Below, piece after piece: positions 27,506-36,457 of a stretch of DNA of 64,000 nucleotides (positions within the stretch are counted from its first letter, which is position 1; each line of letters opens with the position of its first letter). The DNA comes from Clostridiales bacterium (GTDB taxonomy: Bacteria; Bacillota; Clostridia; Lachnospirales; JAISER01), in contig JAISER010000079.1 of the NCBI GenBank assembly GCA_031263985.1, positions 750 to 64,749 on the forward strand, read 5' to 3'. Both the position numbers and the translations under genes were made by a program. The notes under the pieces were generated by a model, which did not search any database, was not told the origin of the DNA, and was given only the letters and a program-made list of their open reading frames with translations.

Positions 27506-28672
27506 CTAGCGCGAATAATAGTTCATCGGGTTTTGATGCGAACCGTTCATTCGCACCTCATAATGCGTGTGCGGACCGGTCGAATACCCTGTGCTGCCAA
27601 CGTTAGCTATCGTTTCGCCCTGACGCACGCTCTGACCGACTTTAGCGATCAGTTTGGAGCAATGCGCGTACATTGTGGTCAATCCGCCGCCGTGGTCCAC
27701 AATTACGGTGTAGCCGTAGCCGTTTACCGCGCCGGACTTTATGACTGTTCCGTCCGCGGCGGACACTATGGCGCTGCCTGTTGGCGCGGGTATATCTATG
27801 CCGGTGTGAAACTCGTTTTTGCCACTTATTGGGTTAACGCGGGGACCGAATCCGGAGCTTACGCGGCTGCGGCTGGGCACGGGCCAAACGAGAGCGCCGC
27901 CGCTGTACGGAACGGGCGTATACGCGTTTTGCGCCGTGTTGTAATTCGACTGCTGTTTTTGTATAAGAGCGGCTATTTCATTATTTGACTTTTCAAGCGC
28001 GTTTATCATCTGCTGATACTTCACTTCGTCGGATTCCAGCGCGGCGACCAAGTTCTTCTTTTCGACCAGCTTTTCCTCCAGCGCGCGCGTTTTAGCCGTT
28101 TGTTCGTTAGAGAGCAGTTGTATCTCGTCTTTTTGAACCTTTACTTCCTCTAATTTTTCCTCGACAGCGACTTGCGCTTTGTACAACGTTTCGACAACAT
28201 TATCGTCATATTCGACGATTCGGTTTATGTATTCAACGCGATTCATTAAATCGGAAAGATCCTTAGATTTAAGCAAAACGTCAAGATACGCGCTTTTGCC
28301 GTTTATATACATAAATCTAAGACGTTTGTCAAACGCCTCTTGGCTTCTCGCCCTCTCACGTTCCGCTTTTTGCAGCTCATATTCCGTTTCGGCCAATAGT
28401 TCCTTCGTCTTTTCAAGCTCACGGTTCGTTACTTCTAAGTTATACATGGCGTCGTCCAACGCTTCGTCAATAGCGTCCAATTCCTCCGAAGCGGTCGCTT
28501 TTTTAAGCTCCACATCCTTCAAACTCTTTTGCGCGTCGTTTGTCTGGGCCTTTACGCCCTCTTGCTGTTTCTTAAGCTCTGACAGCGTAAGGCTGGCGTT
28601 AGCTAAAGCTCGCGCGTCAAATAACGCGAAGCAAACCGCGATTGACAAGAAAAACACCGCTAATTTTCGCAA
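27506..28672 (-). CDS. Coiled-coil M23 (LytM) peptidoglycan metalloendopeptidase, FtsEX-associated
   Basis: Signal/TM segment, about 230 aa of coiled coil, then a LytM domain with HTGIDI (HxxxD) and GPHTHYE (HxH). Lies directly downstream of ftsE-ftsX. Confidence 0.85.
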   Translation of the reverse strand: MRKLAVFFLSIAVCFALFDARALANASLTLSELKKQQEGVKAQTNDAQKSLKDVELKKATASEELDAIDEALDDAMYNLEVTNRELEKTKELLAETEYELQKAERERARSQEAFDKRLRFMYINGKSAYLDVLLKSKDLSDLMNRVEYINRIVEYDDNVVETLYKAQVAVEEKLEEVKVQKDEIQLLSNEQTAKTRALEEKLVEKKNLVAALESDEVKYQQMINALEKSNNEIAALIQKQQSNYNTAQNAYTPVPYSGGALVWPVPSRSRVSSGFGPRVNPISGKNEFHTGIDIPAPTGSAIVSAADGTVIKSGAVNGYGYTVIVDHGGGLTTMYAHCSKLIAKVGQSVRQGETIANVGSTGYSTGPHTHYEVRMNGSHQNPMNYYSR

Positions 28673-28784
28673 AGATTACAACTCCTTTGTTTATTCATCG
28701 ACGCGGCGTATGTTTTAAAATATAAAAGAGCCGCTGAAACCACCGCTTTTCAAGCGGACTCTCTCCGAAGGCCAAGGGGTCAAG

Positions 28785-29693
28785 TTAAGCCTTTAAATGT
28801 CTGCGCAAACTGCTCACGCTGCCCGCGGACCCGATAAATATGCCGAGCGCAAGCGCCGCGGGCGCCAAAATGACGAAAATTTCCGGGGCGGATTTAAATT
28901 CCACAAGACGCTCAAGCGCTTTAAACCGTTCAAATATCCTCGCCACGACGCCGTTATACCCGAACCAACACAGCGCTACAGGTATCGCGGCGCCTATGAA
29001 GCCGATAAGCATGCCTTCTATGATAAAAGGCCAGCGTATAAACCAATCCGTAGCGCCGATATATTTCATAATCTGTATTTCCATGCGCCGTGTGTTGACC
29101 GTTATTTTTATCGTATTCATGATAATGACGACGGACACGATTATCAGAGCCAATATAATCAACACGCTTACTATTCTTATGGCGTTATTTATAGAAATTA
29201 TCAGGTTTATAATTTGTTCGTCATACTTAATTTCCTCAATGCCATCTTTTTTAAGACCTTCCAGTTCCGTTACAACGGAATCGCGGTTCTTTATGTCGTC
29301 CAGCGCTACGTTGAACGACCGCGGCAGCGGGTTTTTGTCTTCCGGTATGCCGTCAAGAAGCCCTTGGTCGTCGCCAAGCTCCTCGCGGAATTTTTTAAGC
29401 GCGTCTTCGGATGAGACGTATATAACGGTTTTTACATGCGGTATGGAGCTGATTTCGCTCGACAGCGGGGTAAGATTTTCAGGAGGCACGTCATCGCGCA
29501 AATATACCGACAGATTAAGCGAGCTTTCCATCTGCTCCAAAAAGTAGGCGACGTTTTCCGCCAGGCAGTACGAAAACGAAACGACCAGCATACATGACAT
29601 AACGGTAACTATCGAAGCGAAGGACATTAAGCGGTTCCGCAGAAGCCCCGTCGCCGCTTCGCGCATGAAATAGCTTAGGCTTCTAAATTTCAT
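28785..29693 (-). CDS. ftsX: Cell division permease-like protein FtsX
   Basis: 302 aa with 4 TM segments and a large extracellular loop. Overlaps ftsE by 11 nt. Confidence 0.88.
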   Translation of the reverse strand: MKFRSLSYFMREAATGLLRNRLMSFASIVTVMSCMLVVSFSYCLAENVAYFLEQMESSLNLSVYLRDDVPPENLTPLSSEISSIPHVKTVIYVSSEDALKKFREELGDDQGLLDGIPEDKNPLPRSFNVALDDIKNRDSVVTELEGLKKDGIEEIKYDEQIINLIISINNAIRIVSVLIILALIIVSVVIIMNTIKITVNTRRMEIQIMKYIGATDWFIRWPFIIEGMLIGFIGAAIPVALCWFGYNGVVARIFERFKALERLVEFKSAPEIFVILAPAALALGIFIGSAGSVSSLRRHLKA

Positions 29694-30369
29694 CGCTGTA
29701 TCCGCCCTTTTCGATATCTCTGGCTATCATGCCGTTTTGTATTGTTATGACGCGTTTTTTCATTCGGTCCACTATTTCCTTAGCGTGCGTCGCGACGACC
29801 GTAGTCGTGCCAAGCTCGTTTATGTCTTCCAGAAGCGTCATAATTTCCCACGCCGTTTCCGGGTCAAGATTACCGGTCGGCTCGTCCGCCAAAAGAAGCG
29901 CCGGTTTGTTAACTATCGCGCGGGCGAGGCTGACGCTCTGCTGCTCGCCGCCTGAAAGCTGGTTCGGGTACGCTTTGGCCTTTTTTTGCAAGCCGACCAT
30001 AGCGAGAACCGCCGGAACGTTGCGGCGTATATCCCTATGAGCGGCCTGCACTGTCTGCATGGCGAACGCCACGTTTTCATAGACCGTCTTGCTGGGCAGA
30101 AGGCGGAAATCTTGAAAGACGACGCCCATGCGACGGCGAAAATATGGCACGCTTTTCCTCGTAAGCGATTTAAGAACGACGTCATTTATTATAATGTCTC
30201 CGTGCGACGGCTCAATCTCTTTAAGCATAAGGCGTATTAACGTTGATTTGCCTGAGCCGCTTGAGCCGACGATAAACGCGAAGTCTCCTTTTTCAATATC
30301 AAGGGAGACGCGCGTAACGCCTTTAGCGTTGTTCCCATAAATTTTCGTCACGTCGTTCATATGTATCAA
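29683..30369 (-). CDS. ftsE: Cell division ATP-binding protein FtsE
   Basis: ABC ATPase motifs [28 protein letters not shown]. Confidence 0.9.
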   Translation of the reverse strand: MIHMNDVTKIYGNNAKGVTRVSLDIEKGDFAFIVGSSGSGKSTLIRLMLKEIEPSHGDIIINDVVLKSLTRKSVPYFRRRMGVVFQDFRLLPSKTVYENVAFAMQTVQAAHRDIRRNVPAVLAMVGLQKKAKAYPNQLSGGEQQSVSLARAIVNKPALLLADEPTGNLDPETAWEIMTLLEDINELGTTTVVATHAKEIVDRMKKRVITIQNGMIARDIEKGGYSDEI

Positions 30370-30475
30370 AAACGTTTCTTCCTTCCGGCGAACCTATTTT
30401 TAAACGCCTGACGAAGCGTACGTTTAGCGGATTTTTCTATACTCCGACAAGGCGCCGTTAACTTCGTCAAATCAT

Positions 30476-30642
30476 TAGACCTGTCTTGGAACCTGACTTC
30501 GACGGATTCACGAGTGGATTTTTCACGAGGCAAGGAAACAAAAGCCGCCGCGTACACGGGCGCGCGCGCAAGGATTTCGCTGACGCCGCATTGTTGAAAA
30601 GCCGCCGCGCGGACGCCGGAGTCAGGTTCCAAGACAGGTCTA
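30476..30642. repeat. MITE-like family D (167 bp, perfect 23-bp terminal inverted repeats)
   Basis: TAGACCTGTCTTGGAACCTGACT at 30476..30498 and its exact reverse complement at 30620..30642. Confidence 0.8.
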
Positions 30643-30748
30643 TTATAAAACTCGCGTTCTATAAAGTCAACATTAAAGCCCGCCGCGCCTCGGCATATGA
30701 TAAGGAAAAACCGCGCGCGGATTTCACGCTTTGAGAGAACGGCGGCTT

Positions 30749-30782
30749 AAAAAGAGACGAGCCAGGCGGCTCGCCTCTTTTT
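30749..30782 (-). terminator. Terminator after the CotF-like gene
   Basis: GAGGCGAGCC-GCCT-GGCTCGTCTC followed by T5 on the minus strand. Confidence 0.6.
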
Positions 30783-30793
30783 GACCGTTTAGG

Positions 30794-31084
30794 TTATTGC
30801 GCGGAGGGGGAGGGTCCTCCGCCCTGCTGTTGAGCGCTGGCCTGAGTTAACTTTGACTTTACGGTCGTGGAATCTTGTTCGGAAACCGTAGGCGCCGTTA
30901 TATAATATCCTTTTTGTTCAGCGATCTTATAAAGGTCAAATTGAAATTTTTCGTCACCGTCGCGCATCTGCTGAAATGTCTGACGCAGCGTCGGGTTGCA
31001 ACATTCGCTTATAACGCGCGCGTAATTGCCTATACTCGCCTTCGTTCCGCTCAACACGTCCAAAACCATTTCTCTTTCCTGCAT
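30794..31084 (-). CDS. Spore coat protein, CotF-like domain
   Basis: Start at the ATG after GGAAGGTGA. Reads MQEREMVLDVLSGTKASIGNYARVISECCNPTLRQTF. Confidence 0.7.
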   Translation of the reverse strand: MQEREMVLDVLSGTKASIGNYARVISECCNPTLRQTFQQMRDGDEKFQFDLYKIAEQKGYYITAPTVSEQDSTTVKSKLTQASAQQQGGGPSPSAQ

Positions 31085-31112
31085 CGTGATCACCTTCCCA
31101 TAATATAGAGTA

Positions 31113-31295
31113 TTAGAGCATTTGAATGAGATTTTGAGCCGCGTTCTGCGCGTCGGTCGCCGCTTTTGTAAACATCTGCTTAATTTGCGGGTCATTGCAC
31201 TGTGACGCGTAATTGGTGAACTTAGTGTGCAGAGTCTGGTGAGCCATAGCCACTTCTCTGATAGAGTTGAGTTCAGGTTGGGTTAAGTTCTGCAT
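31113..31295 (-). CDS. Small spore coat-associated protein (companion of the CotF-like gene)
   Basis: 60 aa. ATG lies 8 nt after AAGGAG. Helical, Q/N-rich sequence. Confidence 0.55.
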   Translation of the reverse strand: MQNLTQPELNSIREVAMAHQTLHTKFTNYASQCNDPQIKQMFTKAATDAQNAAQNLIQML

Positions 31296-31524
31296 AAATT
31301 CCACTCCTTAAAAGTTTTTTATAAATCACTGTCAAGACTCGTTAAGGGGGTTTCGTTTGAAAATGACGTCCGTCAACGACCGGTTTTCATACTGAGGTAA
31401 AGTTCATATATATGGGTGGTATTTCACGTATAGAGACCATATATCAGCATATAAAGACTGGTCATTATTAACGGTTAAATCGCGGTCAAGGCTTGCGAAC
31501 GCGCTTAAAAAACGGCGAAGCCCA

Positions 31525-32478
31525 TTATTCAAGCACGGACAAAGGGTTGACCGGCACGCTGTTTTTGGCGACTTTAAAGCCGAGGTGGTTGCCCAACAAA
31601 ACGCTGTAGATGCTTGGGTTGTTAACGCCGCCTATAATTTGCCCTTTTTTAACCAAGTCGCCTTCTTTTACAAGGAGGCCGTCTTGCAGTTGACTGTACG
31701 TCGTCGTCCAACCGTTGCCGTGATCTATTACGATTAAGTTGCCGTTTTCTTTAGTGTTAGCGGTTTTAACCACGACGCCTTCGGCCGACGCCACGACTTG
31801 TGAGCCGATGTCGGCGCCTATGCAGAGGATGTCGTTCGTTCTGTACTGGTCGAGCGTTTTGTCATAGATCGCGTGGCTGTCGCTGTAATCCATGACTATG
31901 TCTCCAAGAACCGGCCAGGACATCTTGGAATTTTCGCTGAACGAATCAAATTGCGGCTCCAATACGTAATCATCCGCCGCGTTGGACGCTTCGGCCGTTT
32001 CCTCCGCGTTTAAAGCTTCAGATTCGCTGACCGTCGTTTTTTTCTTGTCGCTGTCGTTCGGCGTTTCGCTGTTTTCCGGAGCTTCTTTGTTGGCGCTTTG
32101 CTTTTGCTCCTGGTTTGGCTCCTTTGGAGCCGCGTTTTCATCCTCAGGCGTTTTGGACGCCCGCTCGTCTTCCGCGCTCGCCGACGGTTTCACCGGCTCG
32201 CCCACTTTGCCGTCCTCGGGTTTGGCGTTTTTGTCCTTTACTCTCGCTTCCAGCGCGTCGTCCATAGCCTGGCCCAGTATGGTCTGCGGATCCGCTGTAG
32301 TCGTCGCCAGCCCGGAAAGATCGATTTCATCGCTTGTATTTCCCCCCGGTTTGTTGAGAGCGGCGAAATTGTTAAACGATACGACGACGGCAAAAACCAT
32401 AACGGCGGCTAAGCATGAGTAAAGGGCTACATAAAACCCTTTTCGCTTAAACATGCTTTCTTTTGGAACTTTTTTCAT
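31525..32478 (-). CDS. Membrane-anchored M23/LytM-domain protein (possibly SpoIIQ-like)
   Basis: N-terminal TM segment, an acidic/Lys-rich linker, and a C-terminal LytM fold (LIVIDHGNGWTTTYSQL). Confidence 0.65.
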   Translation of the reverse strand: MKKVPKESMFKRKGFYVALYSCLAAVMVFAVVVSFNNFAALNKPGGNTSDEIDLSGLATTTADPQTILGQAMDDALEARVKDKNAKPEDGKVGEPVKPSASAEDERASKTPEDENAAPKEPNQEQKQSANKEAPENSETPNDSDKKKTTVSESEALNAEETAEASNAADDYVLEPQFDSFSENSKMSWPVLGDIVMDYSDSHAIYDKTLDQYRTNDILCIGADIGSQVVASAEGVVVKTANTKENGNLIVIDHGNGWTTTYSQLQDGLLVKEGDLVKKGQIIGGVNNPSIYSVLLGNHLGFKVAKNSVPVNPLSVLE

Positions 32479-32786
32479 CCACTTAACACCTCCAGTCGTA
32501 TTATTACCTGATACATTTTCGCTTATTCATTCTTTTGGTAAATTTATAAAAATTTTCAAGCGGACAAGGCTTTAATTGGCGGATAGCCGCCGCTCCACGG
32601 TTTTTTGATGAATAATATAACGCGCTATGATATTTTGTCGCGCAAAGAAGGGCGTCAATTGAAAAAAGATTTTTCGATTTAGAGATAAGCTCCTAGTATA
32701 AGAGTTTATAAAAAAGGTTAAGTTATAAGTATGCGGCGGCATACCGTCCGCAAACCGCATCACCGTTTTGGGAAGTGAAAAATATT

Positions 32787-34130
32787 ATGTCGCAACATTT
32801 TAAAGGCGGTACGCGTAATTCGATGGGGCGAAACGGCGCTCTTGCCAATAACGGTTTAAGAAGAACCCATATCTGGGTCGGCGCCATTATAATAACGTTA
32901 TTATGCGCGATATCAGGATATTTCATTACGGAAATTTACCGTTTGCCCGATCAAATTAAATTAGTGGAAGGCAAAGCGAACAAAATCAGTTATGATTTGC
33001 CTTTTAAAGCGACGATAGAAAATGAAAGCCAAGCGGTTCTAAAGGTCAACAACGCTTCCGTAGCCGATAACTTCAGCTTTGATCTGAATGATTTAAATGT
33101 CATGGAGTCAAACAAAGCGGGAAGCGCGACAATGACGCTTAATATGTTCGGGTTGCCGGTCAAAAAAATCGATATTGACATTTTGCCGGACATAGAGCTA
33201 GCGCCCTGCGGCATGGCGGTTGGGGTAAGAATAAACACGAACGGCGTCATGGTTTTAGGCGCCGGTCATGTAAATGGGGAAGACGGAAAAAACTACAATC
33301 CCAGCGACGGAATACTCCGCGCCGGCGATCTTATTTTAAAAGCGAACGATTGCGAATTGAACGGTAAGGACGATTTGATGCAGGCGGTGCAAGACAGTAA
33401 AGGCGCGATCAACTTTCAGGTAAAACGCGGTGAAGAGCTTATAGAAGCGAAAGTGACGCCAGTCATAGCCGCTTCCGACGGCGAAAACAAAATAGGCGTT
33501 TGGGTGCGTGACGGGACGCAGGGCATAGGCACTATAACGTACTATAATCCCTCGACTAATAAGTTCGCCGCGCTTGGTCACGGCATTATGGATGTGGACA
33601 CAAAGAGGCTTATGAGCGTGAAAAACGGTGAAATAAGAGAATCGAACGTCACTTCGGTGGTAAAGGGGCGCAAAGGCGCGCCCGGAGAGCTTATAGGCGA
33701 TGTGAACGGTAAAAACATTATAGGCCGAGTCGAACGCAACAGCCCATATGGCATATTTGGCTCGATAGACATTCGCGCTCAAAGCTTTATGCCGAAAGAA
33801 CGAATGAAAATCGGCCTTCAAAACGTCATACACGAGGGTCCGGCTAAGATATTGGCTACGGTGGAAGGAACGAGCGCGCGAGAATATGATATCTATATAG
33901 AAGGAATCAATAGAGGGAACGCGAGCGACGACACAAAGGGCATGGTTATAAGGATAACGGATCCGGAACTTGTGATGAAAACCAACGGTATAGTTCAGGG
34001 TATGAGCGGAAGCCCTATTATGCAAGATAATAGAATTATAGGCGCCGTAACGCACGTTTTTGTACAGGAACCCTCAAAAGGATACGGCATATTTATTGAA
34101 AATATGCTGAAATATGAAACGTCTTCATGA
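32787..34130 (+). CDS. spoIVB: SpoIVB signalling serine peptidase (S55)
   Basis: TM segment, PDZ region, and a peptidase block with GMSGSPI. ATG at 32787 follows GGGAAGTGA (the ORF opens at 32775 with GTG). Confidence 0.88.
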   Translation: MSQHFKGGTRNSMGRNGALANNGLRRTHIWVGAIIITLLCAISGYFITEIYRLPDQIKLVEGKANKISYDLPFKATIENESQAVLKVNNASVADNFSFDLNDLNVMESNKAGSATMTLNMFGLPVKKIDIDILPDIELAPCGMAVGVRINTNGVMVLGAGHVNGEDGKNYNPSDGILRAGDLILKANDCELNGKDDLMQAVQDSKGAINFQVKRGEELIEAKVTPVIAASDGENKIGVWVRDGTQGIGTITYYNPSTNKFAALGHGIMDVDTKRLMSVKNGEIRESNVTSVVKGRKGAPGELIGDVNGKNIIGRVERNSPYGIFGSIDIRAQSFMPKERMKIGLQNVIHEGPAKILATVEGTSAREYDIYIEGINRGNASDDTKGMVIRITDPELVMKTNGIVQGMSGSPIMQDNRIIGAVTHVFVQEPSKGYGIFIENMLKYETSS

Positions 34131-34133
34131 TTT

Positions 34134-34176
34134 CAAGGCTTTTCAGCTTAATGGCTGAAGAGCCTTGCTGTTTTTT
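34134..34176 (+). terminator. Intrinsic terminator after spoIVB
   Basis: CAAGGCTTTTCAGC-TTAAT-GGCTGAAGAGCCTTG followed by a T run. Confidence 0.7.
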
Positions 34177-34300
34177 AACTTTATATTGCGTTTACAGCGT
34201 TCGCATGGTATTATTCTTTAACGTTTTTATAAATTTTGAGCGGCGTTTACAGTGAACTTAGTTTGAAGCGTAGCCGAACCGGACGAGGATTTTATACTAA

Positions 34301-34398
34301 GGCTCTGTCGGAAAATAACCTGCGCATTGGGGCTTGCTCTTTTGCGCTTAGATAGCGTTGCCGGGACACAAAATCGCCGCTTATTTTCCGACAGAGCC
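34301..34398. repeat. 98-bp inverted-repeat element
   Basis: GGCTCTGTCGGAAAATAA ... TTATTTTCCGACAGAGCC (18-bp perfect termini). A related end GGCTCTGTCAGAAAATAA occurs near 8902. Confidence 0.6.
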
Positions 34399-34403
34399 TA
34401 AAC

Positions 34404-35030
34404 GCGGCGATATAGCGCCAGAGTGGCTTAAACAACCTGCAACCCGGACGCGGGCGACCATCCTGGAGAAAAAGCGTATATGGAATCGCTGAAAAAAACA
34501 TTGCGGTAAACTTTCCTGAAAAAAGATTCGCCCCAAATTTGTTTTAGATCTTTTCAAAAACGGCGCGAAGCGGAGTTTTTGTATGAAAGCTTTTTGAAGG
34601 AGGTTTGGAGGAAACTTTTTATCGAAAAAGTTTCCTCCAAAAAATCATTATCTTTAAGAAAAAACAGTCCCCAAATAACTAAAAGCTGATTTCGCGTTGA
34701 ATGGTCTGCCGCCGGTAAAAGTTCACTGTTCACGCTTCGCTGAAAAGGCGCGCCGCTCTGAGAGAACTCTATACGGAAGCGGCGATATAGCGCCGGAAGG
34801 GCTTAAACAATCTGCAACCAGGATGCGGGCGATTGTCATAAGCGTATGCGGATCACCGAAAGAGATATTGCTGTGAACTTTCCCGAAAAAAGATTCGCCC
34901 CAAATTTGTCTTAGATCTTTTCAAAAACGGCGCGAAGCGGAGTTTTTGGATGAAAGCTTTTTGAAGGAGGTTTGGAGGAAACTTTTTCTCGAAAAAGTTT
35001 CCTCCAAAAAATCTTTATCTTTTATATAAA
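34404..35030 (+). repeat. Direct repeat of about 260 bp, two copies with a 375-bp period, each holding a 17-bp perfect stem-loop
   Basis: Copies start at 34404 and 34779. Stems TTTGGAGGAAACTTTTT / AAAAAGTTTCCTCCAAA lie at 34604..34641 and 34971..35008. Confidence 0.75.
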
Positions 35031-35109
35031 ACTGGATATCCCAAATCCAAACCGGGCGAGGCTATACCGCCGCGCCGCTCATAGAAGGGGTGGAGTTAAC
35101 GATTAGGTT

Positions 35110-36138
35110 ATGAAAATAGGATGTTTTGATACGAAAAAAGAGATTCTTTTAGCACCGATGGCGGGCGTGACAAACGCGCCGTTTCGCCTTTTGTGCCAAG
35201 AGCAAGGGTGCGCTCTCACTTATACGGAGATGGTAAGCGCGAAAGCGCTCGTATATCGAAACGCCAAAACGTTAGACCTGCTTAAAATAATGCCTGGCGA
35301 AACGAATGTCGGCGTTCAACTGTTTGGCTCGGATTCGGAGATTTTAGCGGAAGCGGCGCGGATCGCCGCGGATTCATTTCCTTTTAAAGTGATAGACTTG
35401 AATATGGGATGCCCGACGCCTAAAGTTTTCAATAACGGCGACGGATGCGCGCTGATGTTATCTCCAAAGCTTATGGGAGACATTGTAGAGGCCGTGGCGC
35501 GCGCGGTAAAAACGCCGGTAACGGTTAAAATGCGCAAAGGCGTCAATCGATCTGAAACCGCTTTTGAAGCGGCGAAAATAGCGGAAGCCGCCGGCGCCGC
35601 CGCCATTACTGTCCACGGGCGTTTTCGCGAAGATTATTTTTCAGGGACGAACGATTTGCGCGCTGTGGAAGCGGTAAAACGCGCGGTTTCTATACCTGTG
35701 ATAGGCAACGGCGACGTGACAGGCCCTGTTGAAGCGAAAAATATGTTCGAGCGTACCGGATGCGACGCGGTTATGATAGGGCGCGCCGCTTTGGGGAATC
35801 CGTGGATATTCGCTCAAATATCCGGCTTTTTAAAAAAAGCCCAGATACCGCCGCCGCCCGACTCCGACGAGCGCGGAAAGACGGCTATGCGCCACGCGCG
35901 GCTCCTTGCGGCGCAAAAGGGCGAACGCGCCGCAACGCTTGAAATGCGTAAGCATTTCGCTTGGTATACAAAAGGATTACGCGGCGCGGCGGCGGCCAGG
36001 GACGCCATAAACGCGGCCGCGACGCTGGAACAATTGGCGGAGTTCCTGAATATGGGAACGGATGGGGAGCCGCTGGAGAAACGGCCATTCCGCAGCGTTT
36101 TTGCGCCTATTTCCGAATCAGAGGGTGATCACGCGTGA
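35110..36138 (+). CDS. dusB: tRNA-dihydrouridine synthase
   Basis: 342 aa. Dus-family blocks LAPMAGVTN, DLNMGCP, ITVHGR. Confidence 0.85.
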   Translation: MKIGCFDTKKEILLAPMAGVTNAPFRLLCQEQGCALTYTEMVSAKALVYRNAKTLDLLKIMPGETNVGVQLFGSDSEILAEAARIAADSFPFKVIDLNMGCPTPKVFNNGDGCALMLSPKLMGDIVEAVARAVKTPVTVKMRKGVNRSETAFEAAKIAEAAGAAAITVHGRFREDYFSGTNDLRAVEAVKRAVSIPVIGNGDVTGPVEAKNMFERTGCDAVMIGRAALGNPWIFAQISGFLKKAQIPPPPDSDERGKTAMRHARLLAAQKGERAATLEMRKHFAWYTKGLRGAAAARDAINAAATLEQLAEFLNMGTDGEPLEKRPFRSVFAPISESEGDHA

Positions 36139-36457
36139 AGGTTTTCTAACGAATAATCGCTCATGGCATTTGTTTCGCTTATAACGCTTAGTTTTTAAAT
36201 TTTTAAATAGGCTTATTTCCAGGTCAAGATGAAGCTGGATTTTTGCGCGACGGCTTTTGGCCACGCGGAGGAAAGCGCGAATGAGGAGATCCTGCAAGCG
36301 TCGGGGCGTTTTCGCCATACGCTTAATATTCTCCGCTTTCGCCCAGTTCTCAAAGCCTTTGCGGTAACTTTCGCGCGGTTCCGTTTGTTATTTCGATAAG
36401 CGAAAGCGCGCCGCGAAAATGGCGCGCTTGATTAGTCGGTCACGCATGGTCTACGAT

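Noticed and set aside
26404-27760. The cassette array, considered as a diversity-generating retroelement (template and variable repeats).
   Set aside because: No reverse transcriptase gene is nearby. Differences between the copies include indels and segment joins and are not confined to adenine positions. There are also four copies rather than one template.
27284-27988. The 234-aa plus-strand ORF, together with shorter plus-strand ORFs at 26365..27026.
   Set aside because: They run antisense to the well-supported M23 peptidase gene and its cassette copies. Their length comes from repetition of the same antisense frame, and they have no RBS or recognisable motif.
28797-29547. The 205-aa and 235-aa plus-strand ORFs over ftsX.
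   Set aside because: They are shadow ORFs opposite a confidently assigned ftsX gene.
33336-34055. The 239-aa minus-strand ORF within spoIVB.
   Set aside because: It is antisense to spoIVB, which carries clear PDZ and S55 motifs. The ORF has no independent signals.
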